From: Pirellulales bacterium
GTDB lineage: Bacteria > Planctomycetota > Planctomycetia > Pirellulales > PALSA-1355
NCBI GenBank assembly: GCA_963733035.1
Contig: CAVTBU010000007.1
Span: 1 to 64,000, forward strand
DNA length: 64,000 bases
Reading direction: 5' to 3'
Positions 54,291 to 64,000 of the stretch are shown here, piece by piece. The notes below the pieces were generated by a model that saw only the letters and a list, made by a program, of their open reading frames with translations, was not told the DNA's origin and searched no databases. Numbering within the stretch: position 1 is the first letter of the stretch; the number at the start of each line of letters is the position of its first letter. A program made the translations under genes and the position numbers.

Positions 54291-55454
54291 ATGGCCAAGC
54301 CGCTCGATGCTCTCGACTTCCTAGCCCACTCGGCCAAACACCCGCCAGCTTCGGTGTGCGTCTTATTTGGCGACGAGTCGTTTCTCAAGCGGCAAGTGCG
54401 GGGACGGCTCAAGGAAATCGTGCTCTCGGGAGATGATGCCGAGTTTTCCGTGAGCGAATTCAATGGGCGCGAGTTGGAGCTGCGCGATGTGCTCGATGCG
54501 CTGTCGACGCGGGCCCTGTTCGGCGGCGGACGGCACTTGGTTATCGTCGATGAGGCCGATGACTTTATCAGCAAGAACCGACCGGCGCTGGAGGACTACG
54601 TCAAACAGCCGAAAAGCGCGTCGGTGCTGGTGCTCGACGTGAAGCAGTGGCCGGCCACCACGCGGTTGTACAAGGCGCTATCCGAGTCGGGCTTGCAAAT
54701 TGAGTGTCGCTTCCCGCCGCCGGCCAAACTGCTCAAGTGGCTTACCGCGCGAAGCGACAAGCAACACGGCGCAAAACTCGAACCGGAGGCCGCCGAGCGG
54801 TTGGCTGAAACCGTGGAAAGCGACTTGGGGCTTTACGATCAGGAACTGGCCAAGCTGGCCGCGATCGCGGGTGAGCGAGGGACGATAACAGCCGCGATGG
54901 TTGACGAGGCCGTCGGCGGTTGGCGCGCCAAGAGCGCTTGGGAAATGCTTGATGCCGCGCTCGAGGGGAACCCGGCGGCGGCGCTGCTGCAGTTGGACCA
55001 CCTGCTCGTGGCGGGCGAGGTACCGATCGCGCTCATGGCCCAAATTGGCTCCAGCCTGCGGCGTTTGGGGGCCGCGGCCAGCGTCATTTCGCAAACGGAA
55101 GCGGCGGGGCGCAGTCCTTCCTTGCGAAACGCGCTGGAGCAAGCCGGCGTCAAACCGTTTCTGCTCGGCAAAGTCGAACCCCAGCTACGACGACTGGGCC
55201 GGGCGCGCGCCGGCCGACTCTACCGCTGGTTGTTGGAGGCCGATTTGGCGCTCAAGGGTGCCAACTCGTCGCCGGCTCGCAGTCGCTTAGTGCTCGAAGC
55301 ATTGATCGTGCGGCTCTCGGCGTCGTCCCAGTCCGCCCGCCCGGCGGCAACGGCTGTTCGCGCGCGTAAAACGGGGCCATCGATCCCGGTGCGGGGTTAC
55401 AACTTCGCAAGCTGGCACGTTTCCTGCTTGTCCGGTTTTGTACGGCTCGATTAA
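54291..55454 (+). CDS. holA: DNA polymerase III delta subunit (C-terminus possibly over-read)
   Basis: LFGDESFLK, LFGGGRHLVIV, QELAKL, EADLALKG. Confidence 0.88.
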   Translation: MAKPLDALDFLAHSAKHPPASVCVLFGDESFLKRQVRGRLKEIVLSGDDAEFSVSEFNGRELELRDVLDALSTRALFGGGRHLVIVDEADDFISKNRPALEDYVKQPKSASVLVLDVKQWPATTRLYKALSESGLQIECRFPPPAKLLKWLTARSDKQHGAKLEPEAAERLAETVESDLGLYDQELAKLAAIAGERGTITAAMVDEAVGGWRAKSAWEMLDAALEGNPAAALLQLDHLLVAGEVPIALMAQIGSSLRRLGAAASVISQTEAAGRSPSLRNALEQAGVKPFLLGKVEPQLRRLGRARAGRLYRWLLEADLALKGANSSPARSRLVLEALIVRLSASSQSARPAATAVRARKTGPSIPVRGYNFASWHVSCLSGFVRLD

Positions 55455-55605
55455 TTGTTGATGAAGCAATTGCCGCCAGCCTCTTCCGCGTCCCTGGCTG
55501 TCACGGCGTCGATTGTTACCAGGCAAGAGTCTGCTTGATCGGCGGGGCGAGTGCATCGCCCCGGATCGCGCAGGACATGATTTTTGTGGAAAGGCGGGTA
55601 TCTTT

Positions 55606-55881
55606 ATGCGTTTGGCGCTCTCTGGGTTCGCGCTGGTGACTCTCTTAATGGCATCAGCGGCCATGGCCGCTCCCTGCGGCTCGGCGAAAGTGCAGGCTCC
55701 TACTGCATCGACGCCACCGGCGCCCGCGGCACAAGCACAGCGGCCGCAAGCACGTCGCAGCTATTCGTATCAAGCGCCGGCGACCACGAGCATGGGACGG
55801 TCGTACGGGTTTCAGAACCGCGTGAACCACCAATCGTTTGGGTGGCGCCGCGCCGGTTCGAAGGCACTCGGAAACTACTAG
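55606..55881 (+). CDS. Small secreted protein
   Basis: Signal peptide ending AMA; RRSYSY; C-terminal RAGSKALGNY. Confidence 0.65.
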   Translation: MRLALSGFALVTLLMASAAMAAPCGSAKVQAPTASTPPAPAAQAQRPQARRSYSYQAPATTSMGRSYGFQNRVNHQSFGWRRAGSKALGNY

Positions 55882-56105
55882 TGAGTGCGAGCTAGTTGAC
55901 ACCCAGTGCCGCCGGCTTGCCAGCCGAGCGGCAAACCTGGGAGTACGTGCGAACGCGGGCTCGGTCGTGGCTTCGAGCCGAGCTCGCGTCCGTCGTAGCT
56001 CGGCCTCTTGGCAAGACTTCTTTATTGCCGCTCGCGATTGTGCGGCGGCACTGGCCCGGGCAAAATGGAACGCGGCGAGTTACTTCATCCGAGGTTCCTG
56101 CACAC

Positions 56106-56663
56106 ATGGACGCTGCCGCCCATAGCCCCGCGCTCGCTGCTGCGCTACTGGAATCGGTACGCGGCCAATGGCGTTTGTGTGTCGAGCGTATTCGGCACTG
56201 CGAGGGGCAATTGAGTGATGAGCAACTTTGGAATCGCCACGGCGAGAACTTCAACAGCATCGGGAATTTGCTGTTGCATCTGACCGGCAACATTCGCGAG
56301 CGGATGCTGTCGGTTGTGGGCGGCCAGTCCTACCAGCGCGACCGGGCTGCCGAGTTCGCCGAACGCGGGCCGCTCCCCAGGGACCAAGTGCTCAAGCCGT
56401 TTAACGAGACGATGAGCAGGACCGACGAGTTGCTGGCCTCGCTGCCAGTCGATCGCCTGCTGGAGAGATGACAGTTTCGCATGCTGCGGGGCGACGTGGA
56501 GGCCGACGTCTTGACACTCATCCTGCAGACTTTGGTCCACCTGGCTGGACATAGCCAGGAGATCGTCGCCCTCACGCGTCGGGAACTTGGCGACGCCTAC
56601 CGTTTTCTGCAAGCGCCGCCTGAGCCTGACCGGCGTTCTGCCGGTATCGATAAATCCGTCTAG
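56106..56663 (+). pseudogene. DinB/DUF1572-family protein with an in-frame TGA at 56469-56471
   Basis: NSIGNLLLHLTGN, RDRAAEF; continues in frame to HLAGHSQEI. Confidence 0.75.
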
Positions 56664-56825
56664 GCCCAACCGGTCTGGTGCGTAGAATGACGCCGGTGGC
56701 AGGCGGGCGTGACGGCGGCGGGCGTGACGGCATTGTCGGCCCGTCAAACGTATATTCTCCGGTGGCCGTCGCCGGCCCTTTGCGGTTGATATTCGGGAAG
56801 CGAAGACCGCGAGATAATGAGATTC

Positions 56826-57701
56826 ATGACGACCGACGTGCAGACCGCCGAGAAGTTTTTGGCCTATGATGGCGATTGCCCAATGTGCATTGCCACGGTC
56901 GGGCTGCTTATTCGCTGGGGCCTGGTCCGCCAGGAGCAAACCCACGCCAACCACGACTTGGATGCCGCCGACGCCGAATTGGCCCGACAGGCGGGCATTC
57001 GCAACCAACTCGTGGTGATTGATCCGGTGACGCGTCAGACGCGCGTCGGTAGCGACGGGCTGCTGTGGATCGTCGGCGAGACGGCCGGTTACCGGTCTCT
57101 TACTCGACTGTTTTCGCTACCGGGGTTTCGGCAGTTGCTCAATTTTGGCTATCAGGCGGTTTCATATAACCGGCGGATCATCAGCCCGCCAGCGCAGCAG
57201 ATCGTGTGCGATTGCGAGCCCCAGGTGACCGTCTTTCGGCGGTTGACGCTGATGGTGCCGCTGGCGGTCCTGTCGGTGTTGATTATGGCCGGATTTGGAG
57301 CAGCCGTGTTTGTCGGTTGTGGCCTGGGCGACCCGCTTGCCGGTGTTGTGCTGATGGAAGTTGCCAGCGGCGTCGGCTGGCTGATTGCCGGCACGGCCGG
57401 CGCGACCTTGCTGCGTGGCATGCGGGGACTCGACTACGTTGGCCATCTGGTCGTAACGATGTTCGCCGGCTCGCTGGTGCTGCTGCCCGGGGCGATGGTG
57501 CTGGCTTTTCTACCACGGCCAGCCGCGGTGGCGCTGGCCGTGCTGTCGCTGATGTTCAGTTGCTCGACAATGTTCAAGATGCAGGTTCGCCGTGTGACGA
57601 GGCAATCGCTTTCGTACTTTTGGCTGTGGGGCTGGGCGCTGGTGATGCTCGCGGGGTTTGGATCAACGCTGGCGACTTTCTTTCGTCAACAGTTGCCCTA
57701 A
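56826..57701 (+). CDS. DCC1-like thiol-disulfide oxidoreductase with C-terminal TM domain
   Basis: AYDGDCPMC motif; several TM helices. Confidence 0.75.
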   Translation: MTTDVQTAEKFLAYDGDCPMCIATVGLLIRWGLVRQEQTHANHDLDAADAELARQAGIRNQLVVIDPVTRQTRVGSDGLLWIVGETAGYRSLTRLFSLPGFRQLLNFGYQAVSYNRRIISPPAQQIVCDCEPQVTVFRRLTLMVPLAVLSVLIMAGFGAAVFVGCGLGDPLAGVVLMEVASGVGWLIAGTAGATLLRGMRGLDYVGHLVVTMFAGSLVLLPGAMVLAFLPRPAAVALAVLSLMFSCSTMFKMQVRRVTRQSLSYFWLWGWALVMLAGFGSTLATFFRQQLP

Positions 57702-57767
57702 CGACCTTTGTCGCTGCCAGCGCATTGAGGCGATGACTCTCGCGCGCCGTCAAATCCTTTAACGAGT

Positions 57768-59105
57768 TTACGTCTGCGTGTCGAGCCGCAGGAAGCACCA
57801 GGCGAGGATCAAGAAGCCGGTGCCGAAGCCCGTGAGCGCCAGGCACGCCTGCGCCACCAGCGTAATATTGGCCGTGCCGGGGTTGGCAAGCAGTTGCTTA
57901 TAGGCGATCAAGGCCCAGGCCTGTGGCGTGATCAGGCTGAACTGCTTCATGTTCTCTGGCATCAGGTCGCGATCGCCCATCAGGCAGCCGCTAATGCCGG
58001 CCAGCACCAACACGAGCAGTGTGCCGTAGATGGCGACTTGGGCTTCGCTGCGCGCCACCGATGCGACGAGCAGCGCCAGCCCCATGGCCGAGAGCGATGT
58101 GGTAAAGACAACCAGCAGCAGCCACCCGGGATTGTCACCCCAACTCATGCCAAAGATGAGCTTTCCGGCAATCAACAGTAACAACCCCTGCGCCAGCGAA
58201 AGGGCAAAGCAGGGGAGCAGCTTGCCGAGAAGAATTTCGGTGCGCGACAGCGGCGCGGCCCGCAGCCGTTTGAGCGTTCCTTGGCGACGTTCGGCCACGA
58301 ACAGCCAGCCGACGGTGAGCACCAGGAAATAGGCGAACATGACCGTATACGACGGCACCAGCGTCTGGTAGCGCTGCGCCCCGCGGCCGATGATGCCGGT
58401 CGCTTTTTCCGAGCCGTAAACTGAAATCTCGGCTCCCTTGTCATCACGCTCCTCGGCACGAGTCAGCGCTTGCCAGGTCGTTCCCATCAAATTGTAGTTG
58501 GGGAACATTTTCTGCAGTGCGTTCTTGACGAACGTCCCCATTTGATTGCCGATCTTCTCAAACGCCCGACCGATCATCCAGGGGAGCACCACGCGGAGCA
58601 ACGTCACTTGCCCGACCTGCTCGATAATCGACGCGGCAGTCAGTTGCGTGGGATCGACCAGCATTTGAGCATCGAGCGCCTTGATATCGACGCCGTCGCG
58701 AAAGAGCGGATTGACGCCGCCGGGCAGGAACGAGCTCTTGGTCACCTTTTCGCTGAATTCCGGACCAAACACGATGACCGCCGCACGCTTGCCGCTGTGC
58801 ACCAGTTCTTCCGCTTCGGCCAGGGTGGGAATCACTTCCACGCGAATTCCGGCCGTCTGAGCCAGATCGCGGGCAACCGTCTTCGACCACTGGATGTCTT
58901 TTTGCGTGACCTCGTCGAAGTACGGCTGGTCCAGGTCGACAACGGAAATCCGCAGCCGGTCGTCGGGCTTCTGCCCAAAACCCTCGCCCAGCGAAACTCC
59001 CAGCACCAGGATGAAGATCAGCGGCATCGCCAGCAGCACCACGACCGCCCGCGGATCGCGCAGCAGGAGCCGCAGATCTTTCTTGGCCAGCGTCCAAACC
59101 AACAT
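57768..59105 (-). CDS. ABC-2 type exporter permease
   Basis: KDLRLLLRD, ERRQGTLKRLRAAP, ILLGK; multiple TMs. Confidence 0.92.
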   Translation of the reverse strand: MLVWTLAKKDLRLLLRDPRAVVVLLAMPLIFILVLGVSLGEGFGQKPDDRLRISVVDLDQPYFDEVTQKDIQWSKTVARDLAQTAGIRVEVIPTLAEAEELVHSGKRAAVIVFGPEFSEKVTKSSFLPGGVNPLFRDGVDIKALDAQMLVDPTQLTAASIIEQVGQVTLLRVVLPWMIGRAFEKIGNQMGTFVKNALQKMFPNYNLMGTTWQALTRAEERDDKGAEISVYGSEKATGIIGRGAQRYQTLVPSYTVMFAYFLVLTVGWLFVAERRQGTLKRLRAAPLSRTEILLGKLLPCFALSLAQGLLLLIAGKLIFGMSWGDNPGWLLLVVFTTSLSAMGLALLVASVARSEAQVAIYGTLLVLVLAGISGCLMGDRDLMPENMKQFSLITPQAWALIAYKQLLANPGTANITLVAQACLALTGFGTGFLILAWCFLRLDTQT

Positions 59106-59114
59106 GACGTCTCC

Positions 59115-60050
59115 TCAATCGCGCAGCGCGTGTCCCGTCAGGTGCAGAAACACGCGTTCCAGGTTGGGTTCGATGGTTTCCAGGCTCAACAGTTCGATGT
59201 CCATATCGTTGAGCAGCGAGATGAGGCGCATCAGGGCGCCCTTCACGTCGTGACACTCCAGTTCCATTGCGGGGCCGGCATGTCCGTTCAAGCTTACTCC
59301 GGGGATTTGCCGCAACCGCTCCTCGAACTTCGCGGAAGACTCACCCACGCGAAAGCGGATCAGCCCGTCGATCCTTTGCAGCATGGCATGTAGGTCGTCG
59401 CAGGCGATCAGGTTACCGTGGTCGATGATGCCTACGCGCGAGCAGAGCGATTGTACTTCTTCGATGTAGTGGCTTGTGTAGACGATCCCCACACCCAGGC
59501 CGGCAAGCCGCCTGACTTCCTCGAAGATGTGGTTGCGCGACTGGGGGTCGACACCCGTGGTGGGTTCGTCGAGGAGCAGCAGTTTCGGCTCGTGGACGAT
59601 GGCCGCTCCCAGATTTAACCGCCGTTTCATTCCACCAGAAAATCGCTCGACCCGATCGTGGGCCCTGTCGGCCAGCCCGATCGCTTCCAAAACATGGTTG
59701 ACGCGGTGCTCGAGTTGCTGGCCGCGAATGCCGTACAAGCTGCCAAAGAAGCGGAGGTTCTCGCGCGCATTAAGTTCGCCATAGATGGCGAGTTCCTGCG
59801 GTACGATGCCAATCTCGCGACGCAGTTGCCGGTCGCGCGTCGAGGCCTTGTGCCCCAGGATGCGGGCTTCACCTGAGGTGGGTTCCAGCAGGCAGGAGAC
59901 GATTGACAGCAGCGTGGTTTTTCCTGCGCCGTTCGGACCGAGCAGACCGAACAGTTCGCCGGCGTGGACTTCGAAGCTGACGCCGTCGAGGGCCGTGGTC
60001 TGGCCGTAGCGTTTACGAAGGTCGGTGATCTTCAGCAGGGGTTCAGCCAT
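59115..60050 (-). CDS. ABC transporter ATP-binding protein
   Basis: GPNGAGKTT, FSGGMKRR, LLDEPT. Confidence 0.96.
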   Translation of the reverse strand: MAEPLLKITDLRKRYGQTTALDGVSFEVHAGELFGLLGPNGAGKTTLLSIVSCLLEPTSGEARILGHKASTRDRQLRREIGIVPQELAIYGELNARENLRFFGSLYGIRGQQLEHRVNHVLEAIGLADRAHDRVERFSGGMKRRLNLGAAIVHEPKLLLLDEPTTGVDPQSRNHIFEEVRRLAGLGVGIVYTSHYIEEVQSLCSRVGIIDHGNLIACDDLHAMLQRIDGLIRFRVGESSAKFEERLRQIPGVSLNGHAGPAMELECHDVKGALMRLISLLNDMDIELLSLETIEPNLERVFLHLTGHALRD

Positions 60051-60241
60051 TGGGGCGATCCGTCAGCGGCCGTGAAGTGCCGCTTCGCGCGCTGGCGCGA
60101 AGGCAGTTTGCACTTTGTGCGCCAAAGTCCGCCTGTGCAACAAGCCGGGCCGGCGCGCCTACCTTAACGCCGCACGGTCGGTTGTACAAGCGCTCGGCTC
60201 GGCGCGAGTGGACCATCCCGGAAGTAAAAGCGGCGGCATGC

Positions 60242-61239
60242 TTAGCGATGGAAGTAGACCATCGCCAGCGAGCCCAGGACCAATACGATGATTAACCAGC
60301 CGTCGGGTTCGACCAATCGCACGCGACGTTCCGCCTGGTACAACTGGCCCATGATGACGACGGCAGTGACCACGATCACCGACAGTGCCGTTAGCGCGTG
60401 GGCGATGGAAACATCGGCGAACAATTGCCCCGGGTACGCCAGGTCGAGCGGCAGCAGTAGCGCCATGTTGAAGACGTTGCTGCCAAGAATATTGCCCAGT
60501 GCCAGATCTGCTGCCCCGATCCGGATTGCGGCCAGTGATGTCACGAGTTCGGGTAGCGAGGTTGACAAGGCGACGAGTGTAGTGCCAACGAACGTGCCTC
60601 CCAGGCCGCTCAATTGGGCGATCACTCCGGCGGCGTCGGCCAGGAAGGGTGCCGCAAAGACGATCACGGCCGCGGCCAACCCAAAACCGATCAAGGCTTT
60701 GGCCAGCGCCCGTGGTTCGGCCGCTTCGGAGGTCATTTCCGGATCGGCGGTATGCAGCGGCGCGCCGAGCCGCTGGTCCATATAAACCAATCGCATGCCG
60801 AGCAGGTAGGCCGAGCCCAGTCCCAGGGCGGCGACGCTGACATTGTAGAACGTCATGTTCGACCGCGTGACAATGGCCCCGCCGGCCAGTGCCGTCAGCA
60901 CGATGCTCAGCGCCCAGGCAGCGCGTGCGCCGACGAGATGCGCGACAGCGCTCGGCCCCGCGAACCGGGCAACAGATCGACGATGCCCAGGATCAGCAGG
61001 TTCATCAGGCTGCTGCCCATCAGATCGCCAACCGCCACGTTCGGCAGTCCCTTCCGCACGGCGCTGATATCGACCGACAGTTCCGGCAGCGAGGTTGCGC
61101 CAGCTAGCAGGATACTGCCGATCAGCAGGCGTCCCATCCCGGTCACTTCGGCGATGATGTCCGCAAAGCGCGAAAGAAAGGTGCCGGCCGCGACAATGAT
61201 TGCCGCCGCGATGAGAAACTGCAGGATCGCGCCCGTCAT
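60242..61239 (-). CDS. Sodium:calcium antiporter (CaCA), frameshift near 60910
   Basis: Two alpha repeats: ATSLPEL...GSSLMN and STSLPEL...GSNVFN. Confidence 0.9.
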
Positions 61240-61562
61240 CGAAGTGGATGCTCCGTGGACTCAGTGGGATTCGTCGCGTCGGCAGGTGATCCCAAGCCGC
61301 GAGGAGCCCTCAATCTAACGCAAGGCCAGCGTGCTGCCAGGGCAAGTTTTGCCGAGTTGCCGCCGCGCGCTCGGCAAACTCGCTGCCAGCCGTTCGGGGA
61401 GTGTTGCCGGAACGCAACATTTTCGAAAAAACGCGTGCCAGAGGTACTGCGGCCCGCTCCAGCCGTGGATATTTGGGCTAGGCTTTCAATGCCGCTCCGT
61501 TCCAGGCGCGGCGTTTTGTGTTTGAACCCTTCTTCGCGATTCAGCAAATCGGTAGCGTCATC

Positions 61563-62069
61563 ATGAAACCGGTGACCAGCCCTTCCAAGCGTCGCGGCGT
61601 GGTGGCAGTCGAGGCTGCCGTTGTCATGCCGCTGTTGATCATCCTGATGTTTGGCATCTGGGAGGTGGGACGCATCGTGCAAATCAAACAGGTCTTGGTG
61701 AATGGTGCCCGCGAAGGTGCGCGCCTGGCGGCGGGTGGCTACACGACCAACAGCCAGCCGGTGACCAACACGATGGTGCAACAGGCCGTGAAGGACTACC
61801 TGCAAGGGGCCGGGCTGCCGGCAGACGCCTACAATAATGCCGAGGTGACGCTAACCTGCCTGGCGGGTACCGGCTGGACGAACCCTTCCGACGCGCTGCC
61901 ACTCGATAAGTTCGAGGTGAACGTCAAGATTCCCGCAGGCACCGCTTTCGAAAGTACGCGCTGGTCATTCTTGCCGCGGTTGACCGGCGTCACCGAATTG
62001 GAAGCCGACGTGGAATGGGCTTCTCTCAACAACACAAAGATCTCGGTCGGGACTAGTTTGCCGTACTAA
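61563..62069 (+). CDS. TadE-like pseudopilin
   Basis: RRG/VVAVEAAVVMP prepilin site; NGAREGAR. Confidence 0.9.
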   Translation: MKPVTSPSKRRGVVAVEAAVVMPLLIILMFGIWEVGRIVQIKQVLVNGAREGARLAAGGYTTNSQPVTNTMVQQAVKDYLQGAGLPADAYNNAEVTLTCLAGTGWTNPSDALPLDKFEVNVKIPAGTAFESTRWSFLPRLTGVTELEADVEWASLNNTKISVGTSLPY

Positions 62070-62092
62070 CTCCAGCGGCGAGGAATTGTGCG

Positions 62093-62569
62093 ATGCGCGC
62101 CTTGTTCAAACCTTCGCGAAACACACGGCCTCGCCGTGGTGGCGCCGTGGCCGAGGCGGCGGTCGTTTTACCCATCGTGTTGATGTTCCTGATGGGCATC
62201 CTGGAATACGGCCGCTACGTGATGATGCAGCAGGTCTTGACGAATGCCGCGCGGGAAGGGGCCCACTACGCGTTGGCACACACCGAACCCTTCACGCTGC
62301 AGAACGTCACCTACGGCAACGCAACCTCCGACGTCGAAGCCAAAGTGAATCAGGCGCTGGCCGGACAACAACTGACCGGACAAACGATTCAAGTCTACGC
62401 CTCCGACGTGCAGGGCAACAATATCGGCGCCTGGACCGATACCTCGGCCGGAGAGTCGATCTGCGTCAAAATCTCTGGCACCTACAACTTCATGATCCCG
62501 CAAATGCTGCAGTTACCGTCCTCCACGACGGTGACCACCAAGGCAATCATGCGCAGCGAAGGAAACTAA
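62093..62569 (+). CDS. TadE-like pseudopilin
   Basis: RRG/GAVAEAAVVLP; NAAREGA. Confidence 0.9.
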   Translation: MRALFKPSRNTRPRRGGAVAEAAVVLPIVLMFLMGILEYGRYVMMQQVLTNAAREGAHYALAHTEPFTLQNVTYGNATSDVEAKVNQALAGQQLTGQTIQVYASDVQGNNIGAWTDTSAGESICVKISGTYNFMIPQMLQLPSSTTVTTKAIMRSEGN

Positions 62570-62634
62570 ACCACGATGCTCGGCCTGTCGGCCGCCGGCA
62601 GGTCTTCGAGCTCCGTCAACAAAGAGGCACAGCC

Positions 62635-64000
62635 ATGCAAAGCCGTCGAAACAACCGCCGCTCGGGCGTCGCTCTGGTGCTCGTGTTAGTCGCCACCATC
62701 GCGCTATTTGCATTCGTGGCCCTGGCCATCGACCTGGGCATGTTGGCCGTCGCGCGCACCCAGCTTCAGGATGCGGTCGACCTGGCCGCGATGGCGGGGG
62801 CGCGCACGCTGAACGGCGATTCGTCGGCGAACAACAACTATTCGAGCGTGAGTCCGAATGCCATTTCCGTCGCCACGGCCAATTCCGTGCTCAGCAAGCC
62901 GATCACTTCCGGCCAGGTTTCGCTGCAAATCGGCCGCTACGTCTACGTTCCCTCCAACCAGCGTTTCGAGGGCGTGATTCCCGGACCATCATCCGAAAAC
63001 TGGAGCATGGTCAGCGCTCAAGTGACGGCGAACGTCAACAACAACCTCGCCTTCGCCAAGGTGTTTAATGTCGGCAGCTCGAACATGGCAGCCACCGCCA
63101 CTGCCGTGCACCGCCCCCGCGACGTCGCGGTCGTGCTCGACTACTCGGGTTCCATGCGGTACGGCAGCACGCTGGGCCTGCCGTTTGGCAGCAGCTCGCG
63201 AACCAGCAGCAACAACCCGGATTCGCAGATTCCGCTTTTCGGTCACTATTCGAGCGGTTCGGCTGGTTTGCAGGCCACAAGTTTTCAGGCACTCTACGGC
63301 GAGGGCAATATCTCGACGACGACTTCGGATGGCCGCGGCCCGGTGATCGCCGACTTTTACACCAGCGCCGGGGGAGGACAGGCTTTTTCGCAGGCGCCCG
63401 TCAACTACGGCGCCACGCCCGGCGGCGACAATTACCTGCTGGAAGATTGGAACGGCGGCGCCAACTACGCCAAGACCGTGCAGGACATCGTCAACCAGAC
63501 GACTCGCGACACGACGTTCGAAACGCAAGGCTTCGCTGCCTACACCGGACAGCCCTTCAACGGTTACACGCAGGGGCCCGGCTACTGGGGAAAAACGTTC
63601 TTCGTTTGGCCCCCGAACCCGCTCAGCGACTGGCGGGCCATTTATTTCAACACCCAAAACAACCCCGACCTGTGGAGCACGTCGGGCAGTTGGAAGAAGC
63701 CAGCCACGATCAACTACGCGGCGATCTTGAACTTCATTAAGAACGTCGGACCGAATCCGTTTCCCAGCCGCTTGCAGTCGGGGCGAATTCTGTACTACGA
63801 CGCGATTCCCGACAACATTTCCGGATCGTGGCCTCCGACCGACCTGAATCAGCGCTTCTGGAAAGACTACATCGACTACGTCTTGGGTCTGATTCAGTAC
63901 AGCGGCAGCGGCTGGACCGTGATTACCGACCGCACCGGCTACGGCGACGACTTCACCTGGGGCTCGATCCGCATCAGCGCCAAGCCGACCGGAGCTAACG
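62635..64000 (+). CDS. TadG-like pilus-associated protein (runs off the window)
   Basis: Manual translation MQSRRNNRRSGVALVLV...ALAIDLGML...LQDAVDLAAMAGA...RPRDVAVVLDYSGSM (vWA-type DxSxS). Confidence 0.85.
   Translation, partial: MQSRRNNRRSGVALVLVLVATIALFAFVALAIDLGMLAVARTQLQDAVDLAAMAGARTLNGDSSANNNYSSVSPNAISVATANSVLSKPITSGQVSLQIGRYVYVPSNQRFEGVIPGPSSENWSMVSAQVTANVNNNLAFAKVFNVGSSNMAATATAVHRPRDVAVVLDYSGSMRYGSTLGLPFGSSSRTSSNNPDSQIPLFGHYSSGSAGLQATSFQALYGEGNISTTTSDGRGPVIADFYTSAGGGQAFSQAPVNYGATPGGDNYLLEDWNGGANYAKTVQDIVNQTTRDTTFETQGFAAYTGQPFNGYTQGPGYWGKTFFVWPPNPLSDWRAIYFNTQNNPDLWSTSGSWKKPATINYAAILNFIKNVGPNPFPSRLQSGRILYYDAIPDNISGSWPPTDLNQRFWKDYIDYVLGLIQYSGSGWTVITDRTGYGDDFTWGSIRISAKPTGAN

Noticed and set aside
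56469..56471. Selenocysteine recoding
   Set aside because: The context is not a Cys/redox motif and no convincing SECIS was seen; a nonsense change or error is simpler.
56702..56731. 15-bp tandem duplication GGCGGGCGTGACGGC x2
   Set aside because: Isolated intergenic duplication with no supporting context.

Overview
GC-rich bacterial window, probably Planctomycetota. This is inferred from gene content: planctomycete-type ECF sigma + Ser/Thr kinase pair, PEP-CTERM proteins, CsrA, FHA-GAF-SpoIIE phosphatase, TadE/TadG. The window has two parts. (1) Positions ~1-31,785 form an accessory island that abuts the 3' end of a tRNA-Asp(GTC) gene (31,785-31,858, minus). Next to the tRNA is a satellite-like module: AlpA-like HTH, primase-helicase, GGAACA iteron array, HTH, tyrosine integrase. 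Its cargo includes an ECF/STK/PEP-CTERM cassette and a secreted tandem-Hcp-like PEP-CTERM protein. It also carries a transaminase/acyl-ACP-reductase fusion with a double-GNAT partner and a PepSY-like/RR/HK operon. Relics of ArdC, DUF3800 and a metallophosphoesterase, one IS256, and two near-identical IS3-family copies that each interrupt a gene are also present. No left boundary is visible. (2) Positions ~31,860-64,000 look like core chromosome: c-di-GMP and two-component genes, recQ, ftsH, aroC, holA, an ABC exporter, a Na/Ca antiporter and Tad pilus genes. Many genes, including aroC and recQ, carry small frameshifts that look like long-read consensus errors. All family calls come from manual motif recognition; no searches were run.
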